NCBI RefSeq assembly: GCF_037042905.1
Contig: NC_087263.1
Location: forward strand, 12,774,001-12,838,000
Reading direction: 5' to 3'
Source of the DNA: Lytechinus pictus
Lineage: Eukaryota
Length of the DNA stretch: 64,000 bases
The translations under genes were made by a program, and so were the position numbers. Shown here in pieces: positions 52,581 through 64,000 of this stretch (position 1 is the stretch's first letter; every line of letters begins with the position of its first letter). The notes below the pieces were generated by a model, which was not told the DNA's origin, ran no database searches, and saw only the letters and a program-made list of their open reading frames with translations.

Positions 52581-53215
52581 TATGTTTTCCTTTAAGGTCG
52601 TGTGTGTGAAGTTACACAACGAACTCCATCCATTTTCTTTTTGTCACCGATTAGTATTACCGACCTGACAGAAACATTAGAGGCATCTACTTCTTTCACC
52701 AAGGAAAGTAACATTTGAATCGCGATCCAAATATCTGGGGTTTTCTCCACATTTACAAACACCGAAAAAGGCACGATGTGAATTCCAAGAGAGAAATTCC
52801 TGAAACTTACATGGCATGATACTTGGTATTAACATTATGACACTATGGTGCCAAGAGCCTTATTACAACAGGAAGGCAAAATATATTAATTCGACCCAAG
52901 GCACCCTACTCATTTGAATTTTTTTTTTGGATATTGCTGATTGACAGAAGTGTATGAATATGATTTACCATCTAACACAGATTATATGTAGGGCAACTAC
53001 TGGTCTTCCTTTGCCCAAACTACGACGAAATATTGATGACTTTGGTACGATTTTGGGGGGCTGGCAGAAGAATTAGGGCAAATTTGCCGGGCTAATTTGC
53101 TGTTTTAGGTGAGGAATTTGATCCTGTGAGGAGATATCTTCATGAATGCCAATTTATTTTTTAAATGAGCTGGCTAAGGTAGCCTTTTCTGGTCTGATAT
53201 GGAATGCCTGATATA

Positions 53216-54211
53216 CAGTGCGTATAAAAAAAGTTTACACTTTGAAAAAGCTCTGGGAATTAACAAATATACAACATGTGGGTAATTTTTTCACGTATAT
53301 TCTTGGGTGTGGGTCTCATCCATCCAATGAAAGTAAAATTTTTGACAGAATATTACACTTGAGTGAGTACTGTCCATTTTTGTAAAGTTCGCAGAAATCT
53401 GTTTGCGCAGAAATGCTCGTTTTCACGCTGTGTCAAGGGGAAAAGGCGAAATAAAACTTACCCTACGAAACATTTATCATACTTTTCCCTTGCACTTTAA
53501 GTTAATCGATATAAAACGGATTTATTCAAGCATTTTGTTACAATTTTGCCACCCAAATTAAATTTTAACACTTAGTAAGCACAACCTTTACCCTTTTTGT
53601 GCCAGCTGGATCTGAGGACATAACTGAATCTAAACAAAAAATTATATCAGACATCTCCAGCATTTTTTTTACTAAGTTTGTATCATTTAACGTGGGTTTA
53701 CATTTCATTTTTCATTTAATACTTGTTTCTCCAAACTTTTCCCAAGCTTGACAAATGACAATGCTTAACAAAATGAAAATCAAGCCTAAGCCATTTTATG
53801 TAAATCACAGCTCAGTGTAAAGCAAATATCGTCACGATGGCTTCGGTGTGTGGAGGAATGGGGTGGGGCGCAATGGCACTCTTCAAAGTGTTTTGGGCAA
53901 TGAAACAAATTCAAAAAAGGTAAAAGATATTTTCATATCAATTTCACTAGCTAACTTCCATGTGTTATTCATGGTAAAGGTCTACTTTTAATCGTGTAAC
54001 TATTCAAAAGTTCTGCGCAAATCATTTTTCACTAACTTTTCAAAAGTAAGTGGTGCTCACTCAAGCGGAAATATTTTTTGACAGTTATATCGTCATTTGC
54101 TTAAATGGATCTGTGCCATTGTTAAAATGTGGAAAAATCTTCAGGATATTACAAATGTATAATTTTAGAGGATTTTTTCTAAGTGTAAACTTTTTTTTTT
54201 CATGCGCACTG
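53216..54211. mobile_element. Non-autonomous Tc1/mariner-like element
   Basis: TA-CAGTGCGTATAAAAAAAGTTTACACTT...AAGTGTAAACTTTTTTTTTTCATGCGCACTG-TA; no transposase ORF. An empty-site paralogue is present near 35755. Confidence 0.85.
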
Positions 54212-55656
54212 TATATCCTCTCCACTGGTAGTAAACATTGTACCCTCTAATTTCCAAACTTGTTTGTTATGAAATGTTTTTAACAGTGTCATTTCAGCAC
54301 GCGAATCTATGGGAAATGTTTTACGCGTGTGATCCCTTATAATGTAGACGAAACGGAATGTATGCAGGTACAAATACATCAATGTTTAGAATTATGAGCT
54401 GTGCATCGTGGCAGTGGCGTATTAGTGAGCCAAACATTTCAAGGGGGCTCGATATTGCGTATCGCGTAAAATTAAAATAAATTAAAAACTATGAAATTGT
54501 CGACATTTCTATTTCAAAAATCCACCCTATCCCTTTCCTTTTCTCTGTTTTTTTTCTTGGTCGTGAAAAGCCCCCCCCCCCCCCTAAATCTGTACGTCAG
54601 CGCATCGTGGGATTAAAAAAAATCAAACCGCGAGAGGATTCAAACTCTTATCGCTGAGCAAAAATAACAATTACTCCGTAGACAAAAAAAAACCAAAACT
54701 ATCTGGGCGTGGAATTACAAACTGATGTCGAGCTTCGAGCCCTTGTCACGTCTTTCGGATGGTGAAGTTAAAGGTCTGTCCCAGACGTAAATAATCATTT
54801 ATAATTGATACACGTCTTCAAAACCTAATTACACAAATAACATTTCGAATTGAATCACGCGTGTTGTTAAACCTTCATGTTCACACCCTACAAATTTAAA
54901 AATAGGTTTAAATTTTTCACTGTTTGCATTTTGTGTATGAATGCTTTTGAGTCTGAACGAGAAATATGTTATTAAGTTGTATTGTGAATTGTATTATTTA
55001 CTTCTAATATGATCATGACGTAAACGGATTAATAAAATAGTATGATAATATTCTATCACCAGTTCGTTTGAGGGTCATATTTATTTATGGCAGAGACACC
55101 ATATTCTCTGTCGATTTTGGAATTAATTTCATTCCCCACATCCCTGTAAAAAAAGAAGAGAAACCCGCAACCAATCAAAATTTATTTACATGTTATCATA
55201 AATGTATTTTGCACACACACTCCACACATACAACACACACACAATCGAAAGCCCACTGATACAGTCGCGCGATAAGACGTGGTTAAGGTCGCTAACCTCT
55301 ACTCGAGTTCGTCGAATACAATTGGCGATAGGATACTTGTGATCCCTACTTCATGATCACTGGCGGGTTCTTCCCCAGTGTGAACCATTCAGAATAATGC
55401 ATTAATAACGGCTACTTAACGTTATACCCCCAAGCGATCAATACAAAGTAAGTATTTGTGACTATGCTGACAACAACAAAAGGTTCGTAGGATCTGCTGC
55501 CTATTTCATCGAACGTAGAGGGGCTACAACATTACGGAAATTCGTTAGAAACAATTAAAATATGCGAAAGTGTAGAAAGGTGAGTAAGCAGAATAACTTT
55601 AGAGGAGAGGCGCGTTGATTTCCAATGAAGAGAAAATGAATTTGTTTTTTTTACAT

Positions 55657-55972
55657 GGTATGGTATGTCATAGACATAGAGGGTGGTGGTGAGAATGGGA
55701 GGGATTTGTATGTGTGTGTGTGGGGTGGTGTGGTATGTCATAGAGGGTAGTGGTGAGAGTTCGAGGGATTTGTGTGTGTGTGTGGGGTGGTATGGTATGT
55801 CATAGAGGGTGTGGTGAGTGTGGGTGGGTTTTCAGGTGTGTGGGGCGGTATAGTATGTCATCGAGGGTGTGGTAGGAGTGGGATGATTTCCACGTGTGTG
55901 TGGGGTGGTATGGTATGTCATAGAGGGTGTGGTGAGAGTGTGAGGGTTTTTAGGTGTGTGAGGTGGTATGGT
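55657..55972. repeat. GT-rich ~60-bp satellite (left part)
   Basis: Unit approximately GGTGGTATGGTATGTCATAGAGGGTGTGGTGAGAGTGTGAGGGTTTTCAGGTGTGTG; continues at 62581. Confidence 0.9.
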
Positions 55973-58360
55973 CCCAGGTAACAATACAGCGTTGGACCAA
56001 CGTTGGATCAACGTTGGGAATTTTTTTCCCAACGTTGCCTCAACGTTGGCAGGCCAACGTTGCATCATCGATAGAAGTGCACGCGCATACATCGTCAGAC
56101 CAACAACATTTCCAACGTCAGTTCAACGTTGTCCAGCAACAATGTTTCAACGTTGTCTGGCAACGTTGATCCAATGTTGGCTAAATAGTCAAATACAACA
56201 TTGCTACAACGTTGGTAAGCAACGTTGCATCATCGATAGAAGTGCACGTCCATACATCGTCAGACCAACAACATTTCCAACGTCAGTTCAACGTTGTCCA
56301 CCATCAATGCTCCAACGTTGGTATAATGTCGGCTGAGTCATCAATAACAGCGTTGCTGCAACGTTGATGGGCAACGTTGAAGCAGCGATGGACGTGCACT
56401 TGCATACATCGTCATTCCAACTATGTTTACAACGTTGGTTCAACGCTGTCCAGCAACAATGCTCCAACGTTGTCTGGCAACATTGCTCCAACATTGTTAC
56501 AACGTTGTCACAACGTTGCTCCAACATCGCTCCAACGTTATTCCAACGTATGGCAGTAATTAACAAAACATTAATTGGTTTCAAGGTGAAGTCCACCATT
56601 ACAACTCTACACTCTAATCTTTATCATCATGTCTTATCCTATCCTAAAATCCTACATCCTAATCCTATATCCTATTCCTATCACCCTATACCTATCACTG
56701 TATCCTGTCATTGACTCCTATATATAGAGCAACTTTGCTATACTTGGCAGAATACAGTTAATATAATTTTCCACACTTAACCTTGAATATTTCACTTAGA
56801 ATAATATGTTTTGATTATAAATGATATGGTAATGGAGCCACATACTTTTCTGAAACTTTTCATGGTGGAAATATTGAATAAACATAAATACTCTAATTAT
56901 TATAGCAATATTACCTAAAATTTTGGTCATTTACTGATGTAATGAATATTCATGAGTGCATAATCATTGTCCAGATGAGGCAGGTATGGCAGCGTTGGTC
57001 CAATGTTGGTACAACGTTGGGTGACGTTGATCCAACGTTGGTATAATGTTGGTCCAATGTTGATGGAAAGTTTATTCAACTTTAGTCCAATGTTAGTCCA
57101 ACGTTGGCGTAAACGTTGATTCAATGTTTGTCTAATATCGGTTAAATGTTGTTGTAACGTTGATTCTTTGTTGGTCTAATTTTAAACAAATCCAACGATG
57201 CGCCATCTCCATTTCCATCAAACAGTTTTCAACACTGTGCCATCATCATCTGTCACCTGTTCATGATTCTATCAAAAAACATTACAACTATTATTACAGC
57301 TATTCATTTCTTTTCATTCTTTCTGTTACAAGTCTCTTCACATAATTAAGAGGAATCAAGAGAATTACGTGTGATATTTATTGAGGTCTTTGTAGCATTC
57401 AAACTTTTTTGACATCCTCTTTTTCTCAAACAAGACTAATACCAAAAAAACATATGCATATGTAATAAGAATTAAGATGTATTACATTTTCTTGCGAGTT
57501 GCAATCTCTGTTTCTGTCTACAATTGTTTGATGACTCGGTATGCAATGCCAATTGCAACGTCAGTAATCATCACAAAAACTCACATGTGTAATTGCAGTC
57601 TCTCAGTATTTACAAAATCTAAAAAGGAGGTCGCGTAACTTGGCCTCACTCAGAGTAAGGTAGCTACTGCCTACTGTAACTAAAGAGTGCCTCTTTTTGA
57701 TTAAGATAGAAGTCAACTGATATCTCAATATGCATGGCCATGGCCTAGTCTCACTCGTGCCATAACTATTAAATGATATTTCAGCGTCAAGTGTAGCATG
57801 CCTCACATAGCAACTACAGGTTTGACTGCAGTTGGAAAACACTCAGTCCAGGCTAGGCCAGGCAGGACCGACCAGGTCAATTCAAGGCAACGTATAATAA
57901 ATAAGGCAGGAATGCCAGGTAGCAAGTCATTGGGTGATTTCAAGTACGGTGTACGGTGTTGAGAGCGTGAAAGGGCTGCTGAACTGAGCTCCAACACCAA
58001 GCGTAATATTATTTTTCATTGAAATGTATTAAAACTCTAATGATTTGCTCTCATCTTAAATGTAAAAGATAATTTTACGGAGATGGTTCGTCGTGTTCGC
58101 CCCCTGTTCGTGAGCTACAGTTCATCAACACCAACACTGAACTTTAAATCACGATTTTCCCAATCCCTGGGGGTCGGTGTTGCTGAATGGGGAAATTGCT
58201 TGTAGATCATCAACACCATGCAGCCACAGTGCAGTGTTGGGTTCAGCAGATGACAATCAACACCAGCCTTCAACACAAACTGCCGGAAATACACCATATT
58301 TTCCGAGGTCAATCTCAACACCAGCCTGATTCAAATACGGTGTTGTCACAACACCAACAC

Positions 58361-59874
58361 TAACCCAGGGAGCTCCGGCCCTCTCAGCGGGCCGGAGCCC
58401 AGGGGCTTACCGTGTAATTCACCATACCCACGGTAGTAGCGTGAAGTATGGTCTAAATAATTATCCGAATAAATAGTTAAAACAGAAATTAAGCACTTAC
58501 CACGATTATATGGATGAAGGTCTAACGAGTGGCAGCTTCCTGACATCGAAGCACAGACTGGAACCTCTAAAAACAAAAAGTTCTGTCGCGGTAGCTCTCC
58601 TTCTTTCAGAATTCATAGCAAAATGGCAGTTCGAGACCGGTACCGAGGGTGTAGGGCGCATGCACGAATTTGACAAAGTCTATATGCGCTAGTGCTATTA
58701 GCCTCGGTCTCAATCGGCCATTTTGTTTTGAATTCTGAAAGAGGAGAGCTACCGCGACAGAACTTTTCGTTTTTTGAGGTTCCAGTCTGTGCCACTCTAG
58801 GCGACACCCCAATACTTACCCGTGCTAATAAACTGGGACTCCACTCACGCGCGTTTGGGCCTCCCTAGCTTAGAACTAAGCACTAATATCACCTTAAAAA
58901 CTAAATCTACAAGGTATGTATAATCTATTTATAACTTTAATAATGTTTAATCGGTACTCACCGGTTCTTTTGTTGCATTTTCAGACCATTTCTCACAATT
59001 CTTCGTAAATATTTGCGGCAAATTTTGTCGCCATAGACAGCTTAGCGTCCATCTTTATTGATAAATGGAGCGCCCTTTACGATAGTTGTTAATGCCGCGG
59101 ATAAATCGTTAGGCATTTTGGCCTGTGTTCAAGGCGTTCTTTCTGTTTTTATTTTTTATATTGAAGATTGTGCATTTGTTGAATAGCGCCGTCTACGTCA
59201 GGTATGAGATCGAGTGTATAAATACACTCTTCCAAAATAATTATGATTCCGACCTGGCGCTGTTTAACTTCAATCTCTTTCACCTAAATTAGCGATGAAT
59301 GCTAGCATTATAAAATATATATTATTAACGTCTGACGAAAAGAATAACCAACCGATCAGCTGACGAGAACGCGAATCACGTGATCTTCATATCAGCTTCG
59401 ATCGCGAGTCAGAAGAGAAGAGCAGCTGCCCAGAAAATCAGGAAAAAGCCGTGAAAATGTAAGTTCCCCTTCATTTCTTTCATTTTTTGTTGTTGCTAAC
59501 GATGCATTTACACTATAAAATTATAATTTAAATAAGAGAAAGGAATATAGCTTGTACTTGTGATATAATTGCCTAAATATCCTGTTCTCAGAGATTTCTA
59601 ACCAAAAATACTACTGATGTCGCCTATGAGGTCCATACATGTAATGTTGGACCTCATTGGTACTAGGAGTGGTCTGTGCCTCGATGTCAGGAAGCTGCCA
59701 CTCGTTAGACCTTCATCCATATAATCGTGGTAAGTGCTTAATTTCTGTTTTAACTATTTATTCGGATAATTATTTAGACCATACTTCACACTACTACCGT
59801 GGGTATGGTGAATTACACGGTAAGCTCCTGGGCTCCGGCCCGCTGCGCGGGCCGGAGCTCCCTGGCCTGGGTTA
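58361..59874. mobile_element. Nested Mutator(MULE)-like element with ~200-bp TIRs
   Basis: Inverted repeats 58361-58558 and 59672-59874; exact 9-bp TSD CACCAACAC (58352-58360, 59875-59883). Confidence 0.8.
58551..58792. mobile_element. Hairpin/MITE with ~90-bp arms inside the MULE-like element
   Basis: GCACAGACTGGAACCTC..GTTCTGTCGCGGTAGCTCTCCT and its reverse complement. Confidence 0.75.
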
Positions 59875-60899
59875 CACCAACACCAGATTTCAACACTGTA
59901 CTTGAACATCATCCAATGACTGTTGCCTTGCCCTTGGTATCTCATACTCGTTACCACTCACACGTATTGCGAGGTTAGTATTAGTCACTCACACAAGCTA
60001 ATTACGAGGTTAGTTAGTATGTTATACTGTGCAGTGACTGGTGTTAAGTACTACTTTACTACTACTTACATCAATATACTAGCGTCGGACTGTACGCGCA
60101 CAGAATCTGACGCCGGGATCTTTCGGAGGGGATCAATGGTTGCAGTTACCGATTATCTGCAAGTGCAAAGAAAATTCCACTGTAGATTGTAGGTCCTAAA
60201 TATGCAGCTTATAAGTACTGTTCCCGATCACTAGATATTCTGGAATTTAATTGTCTACATCCACTATCCAGTCCAAATTCTGCCAGATTCTTCAAGTTCA
60301 AAATTGAAGGAAGCAGACTACACACACATGAGAGAGGGAGTCCGACGTCGCGACTAATTCTGCGCATCAGAATAGTATGGTATTTTTAAATAGGCACATT
60401 TGATGCTTGTATTTCCTTCTTCAATTTCTTCTAGTTATGTGACGGTAGGCCTATGACATATCTCGTACTTACTGTGAAAGGCCTAGCCAGCTGCAAAGGA
60501 CGAGGGCGTTTCTGGAAATTCTGGTCTTGAACTACATTTTTTTCTTGTTTTTCTCCTTTTTTTCTACATTAATCGACATATTTGCACCCCCCGGTGCATG
60601 CAGCATCTATTCTACCCCATCTTTATTTTTGTTTTCCCCTTAGACTTAGTTTTAGTTCCTCTTTCCCTTCCCATTATTTTCCTTCTCTCTCGATTTCTTT
60701 TCCCCTTATTGCTGGGGGATACCAAGGGTGACATGGATAGACAAGCAAACTTACTTGATCGACCCCCCCCCCCTTGGCCCCATTGGAAATTATGCGAGTA
60801 TAGTCGTCTGTATATCATTATCAATTCTCCAATGAACCAGTTTCTAACGTTCTCAACACTGTGTTTATTATGCCGGGATATTATGTTGACTGTCAAACA

Positions 60900-62570
60900 A
60901 ATATCCAACAAACTATAGTTTCCAACATTGTGTCAATGTTAACTGTCAACAACTCTCCAATAAACTATTCCAATTACGCTGTCCACGTTGTGCCATTGTT
61001 CTTTGTTCAACAACTCTCCATCAAACTAGTTTCCAACTTTGTCAACGTTGTGCCATTGTCGACTGTCCAACAAATCTCCAAGAAAATAGTTTCCAACGTT
61101 GTTCCTTTGTCGGTTGTTCAGCAACTTTCCAGCGAACTAGTTTCCGACGTAGTCAACGCTGTGCCTTTGTTGGCTGTTCAACAACTATCCATTCAAACAC
61201 GCGTTTCCAACGTTGTGACGTTGTTGGCCGTGTCCAACAAATCTCCAACACACTAGTTTCCAATGTTGTGCCATTGTCTGTTGTTCAACAACTTTCCAAC
61301 GTTGCCAACGTTGTGTCATCGTCGACTATCCTACTGATCTCCAATCTACCAGTTTCCAACGTTGTACCAGTGTCAGTTGTTCAACAACCTCCCATCTAAC
61401 TAGTTTCCAGCTTTATCAACGTTGTGTCATTGTATACTATCTAACTAATCTCCAATCTACCAGTTTCCAACGTTGTGCCATCGTCGACTATCCAACAAAT
61501 CTCCATCGAACTAGTTTCTAGCTTTGACAATGTTGTGCCATAGTTGGTTGTTCAACAACTTTCCATCGAACTAGTTTCCAACGTTGCCAACCTTGTATCA
61601 TCGTCGACTATCCAACTAATCTCCAACCTACTAGTTTCCATCGTTGTGCCATTGTCGACTGTCCAACAACTCTTCAAATAACAAGTTTCCAACGTTGCCA
61701 ACGTTGTGTCATTGTTGATTGTTCAACAACTTTCCAGCGAGCTAGTTTCCAACGTTGCCAACGTTGTGCCTTTGCTGGTTGTCTACAACTATCCAATCAA
61801 ACGTGTCTCCAACGTTGTGACATTGTCGACTGTCCAACAACTCTCCAACTTACTAGTCTCCAACGTTGTGCCATTGTCGACCGTCCAAAAAATCTCCAAC
61901 AAACTAGTTTCCAACTTTGTCAACGTTGTGCCATTGTCGGTTGTTCAACAACTTTCCAGCGAACTAGTTTCCAACGTTGCCAACGTTGTGCCTTTGCTGG
62001 CTGTTCAACAACTATCCAATCAAACGTGTTTCCAACGTTGTGACATTGTCGACTGTCCAACAACTCTCCAGCGAACTAGTTTCCAATGTTGCCAACGTTG
62101 TGCCTTTGCTGGCTGTTCAACAACTATCCAATCGAACTAGTTTCCAACGTTGCCAACCTTGTGTCATCGTCGACTATCCAACTAATCTCCAACCTACTAG
62201 TTTCCAACGTTTTGCCATTGTCGACCGTCCAACAAATCTCCAACAAACTAGTTTCCAACTTTGTCAACGTTGTCTCATTGTCGGTTGATCAACAACTTTC
62301 CATCGAACTGGTTTCCAACGTTGCCAACGTTGTGCCTTTGCTGGCTGTTCAACAACTATCCAATCAAACGTGTTTCCAACGTTGTGACATTGTCGACTGT
62401 CCAACAACTCTCCAACTAACAAGTTTCCAACGTTGCCAACGTCGTGTCATTGTTGATTGTCCATCATCTTTCCATCAAACTAGTTTCCAACGTCGATTCA
62501 ACGTTAATCCATCAAGTTTTTCCAACGTCCAACGACTTTCAAGTTTCCAACGTGGAGCCAACGTTGGCTT
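60900..62570. repeat. Subterminal tandem array (TTTCCAACGTTGTGCCATTGTCGACTGTCCAACAA-type units)
   Basis: Dozens of ~45-55-bp imperfect units; they generate the repetitive VSNVV ORFs. Confidence 0.9.
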
Positions 62571-62580
62571 GTTACCTGGG

Positions 62581-63805
62581 GTATGTCATAGAGGGTGGTG
62601 GTGAGAGTGTGATGCTTTTATGTGTGTGTGTGTGTGTGGGGGGGGGTATAGTATGCCATAGAGGGTGTGGTGGGAGTGTGAGGGTTTTCAGGTGTGTGAG
62701 GTGGTATGGTATGTCATAGAGGGTGTGGTGAGAGTGTGACGGTTTTCAGGTGTATGTATGAGCGGTAAAGTATGTCATGCAGGGTGGTGGCGAGAGTGGG
62801 AGGGTTTTATTTGTGTGTGTGGGGTGGTATGGTATGGCATAGAGGGTGGTGGTGAGAGTGTGATGCTTTTATGCGTGTGTGTGGGGGTGGTATAGTATGC
62901 CATAGAGGGTGTGGTGGGAGTGTGAGGGTTTTCAGGTGTGTGAGGTGGTATGTTATGTCATAGAGGGTGTGGTGAGAGTGTGAGGGTTTTCAGGTGTGTG
63001 AGGTGGTATGGTATGTCATAGAGGGTGTGGTGAGAATGTGACGGTTTTCAGGTGTGTGTATGAGCGGTAAAGTTTGTCATACAGGGTGATGGCGAGAGTG
63101 GGAGGTTTTTATGTGTGTGTGTGTGTGGGGGGTGGTATGGTATGGCATAGAGGGTGGTGGTGAGGGTGGGAGGGTTAGGTGTGTGTGGGGCGGTATAGTA
63201 TGTCATCGAGGGTGTGGTAGGAGTGGGAGGATTTCCACGTGTTTGTGGGGTGGTATGGTATGTCATAGAGAGTGGTGGTGAGAGTGTGATGTTTTTTATG
63301 TGTGGGGGTGGTGTGGTATGTCATTCAGGGTGGTGGAGAGAGTGGGGTGGGTAAGGTGTGTGTTGGAGCGGTATGGTATGTCATATACGGTGATGGTGAG
63401 AGTGGGAGGGTTTTATGTGTGTGTGTTGGGGTGGTATGGTATATCATTGATGATGGTGGAGAGAGTGGGGGGTTGGGTGTGTGTTGGAGCGGTATGGTAT
63501 GTCATAGATGGTGGTGGAGAGAGTGGGAGGGTTTTATGTGTGTGTATTGGGTGGTATGGTATGTCATATACGGTGATGGTGAGAGTGGGAGGGTTTTGTG
63601 TGTGTGTGTGGAGCGGTATAGTATGCCATAGACGTTGTGGTGAGAGGGGGGGGGGTATGGGTGTGTATGAGAGAGAGAGGCAGTATGGTACAGTATGTCA
63701 TTGAGGGTGATGGTGAGTGTTGGATGGTGTAAGGTGTGTGCGTATGTGTGTGTGTGTGTGTGGTGGCATGGTATGTCAGAGGGGGTGGTGGTGAGAGTGG
63801 GAAGC
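62581..63805. repeat. GT-rich ~60-bp satellite (right part)
   Basis: Same unit as 55657-55972, about 20 copies. Confidence 0.9.
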
Positions 63806-64000
63806 CGTTTATGCCCATATGTGTAAGATAGTGATTGTGTATTGCATGAGTGTGATGTTAGAGGGTGACGAGACGGGGGGGGGGGGTTATTGTGTGATGG
63901 TAAGTCTTATATGTCGATTGTAAAGGGGGAGGGGTGCGTAGGGTGAGTGTGTGTGTGTGTGCGCGCGCGCACGCGATGGTATGTAAGGTATAGTAGGGAT

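Larger units (their letters stand above)
55973..62580. mobile_element. 6.6-kb non-autonomous CACTA/EnSpm(CMC)-like transposon with CAACGTTG subterminal arrays
   Basis: TIR CCCAGGTAACAA / TTGTTACCTGGG and 2-bp TSD GT; removing it restores the satellite unit GGTATGGTATGTCATA. CAACGTTG arrays at 55990-56550, 56990-57160 and 60900-62570. Confidence 0.85.

Noticed and set aside
51054..52718. Possible extra exons 51054-51214 and 52597-52718, joined through a gtatgg donor at 49195
   Set aside because: They are phase-compatible but would remove the CxC end of the knot. Reading through 49195 gives a complete knot and stop codon, which is far more coherent. An ACIC in another frame at ~51120 is probably chance.
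60861..62604. Long VSNVV-repeat ORFs and a CRISPR-like appearance
   Set aside because: By-product of a tandem array. The units are degenerate, there are no unique spacers or cas genes, and the context is eukaryotic.
63048..63818. ORFs rich in V/G/W/C or H/T/P
   Set aside because: Translations of the GT-rich satellite.

Overview
AT-rich, repeat-dense eukaryotic (metazoan) genomic DNA. The SINE/MITE/LINE repertoire looks echinoderm (sea-urchin)-like, but that is inference. The ORF track misses the main gene because its exons are short. Reading splice sites by hand gives a complete 5-exon, + strand CDS, join(27968..28025,30335..30381,35183..35311,42163..42322,49134..49303), with consistent phases, 564 nt, 187 aa. 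It encodes a secreted precursor: signal peptide, prodomain ending in KR, then a neurotrophin/Spaetzle-type cystine-knot domain ending ACSC with a seventh cysteine. The window also holds the last three coding exons of an immunoglobulin-superfamily protein with a GPI-signal-like C-terminus (1441-7673). The rest is mostly transposable elements: (1) a near full-length but decayed APE-type LINE carrying a 2A-like DVQINPGP motif and a PHD finger; (2) a 3.9-kb IS3EU-like foldback element with ~1.3-kb arms in the last intron of the cystine-knot gene; (3) a 6.6-kb CACTA/EnSpm-like element with CAACGTTG arrays, inserted in a GT-rich satellite and containing nested elements; (4) Penelope-like hammerhead-type motifs, Helentron-like elements, and many SINEs and MITEs. 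Family assignments come from termini, TSDs and motifs only; no database search was run.
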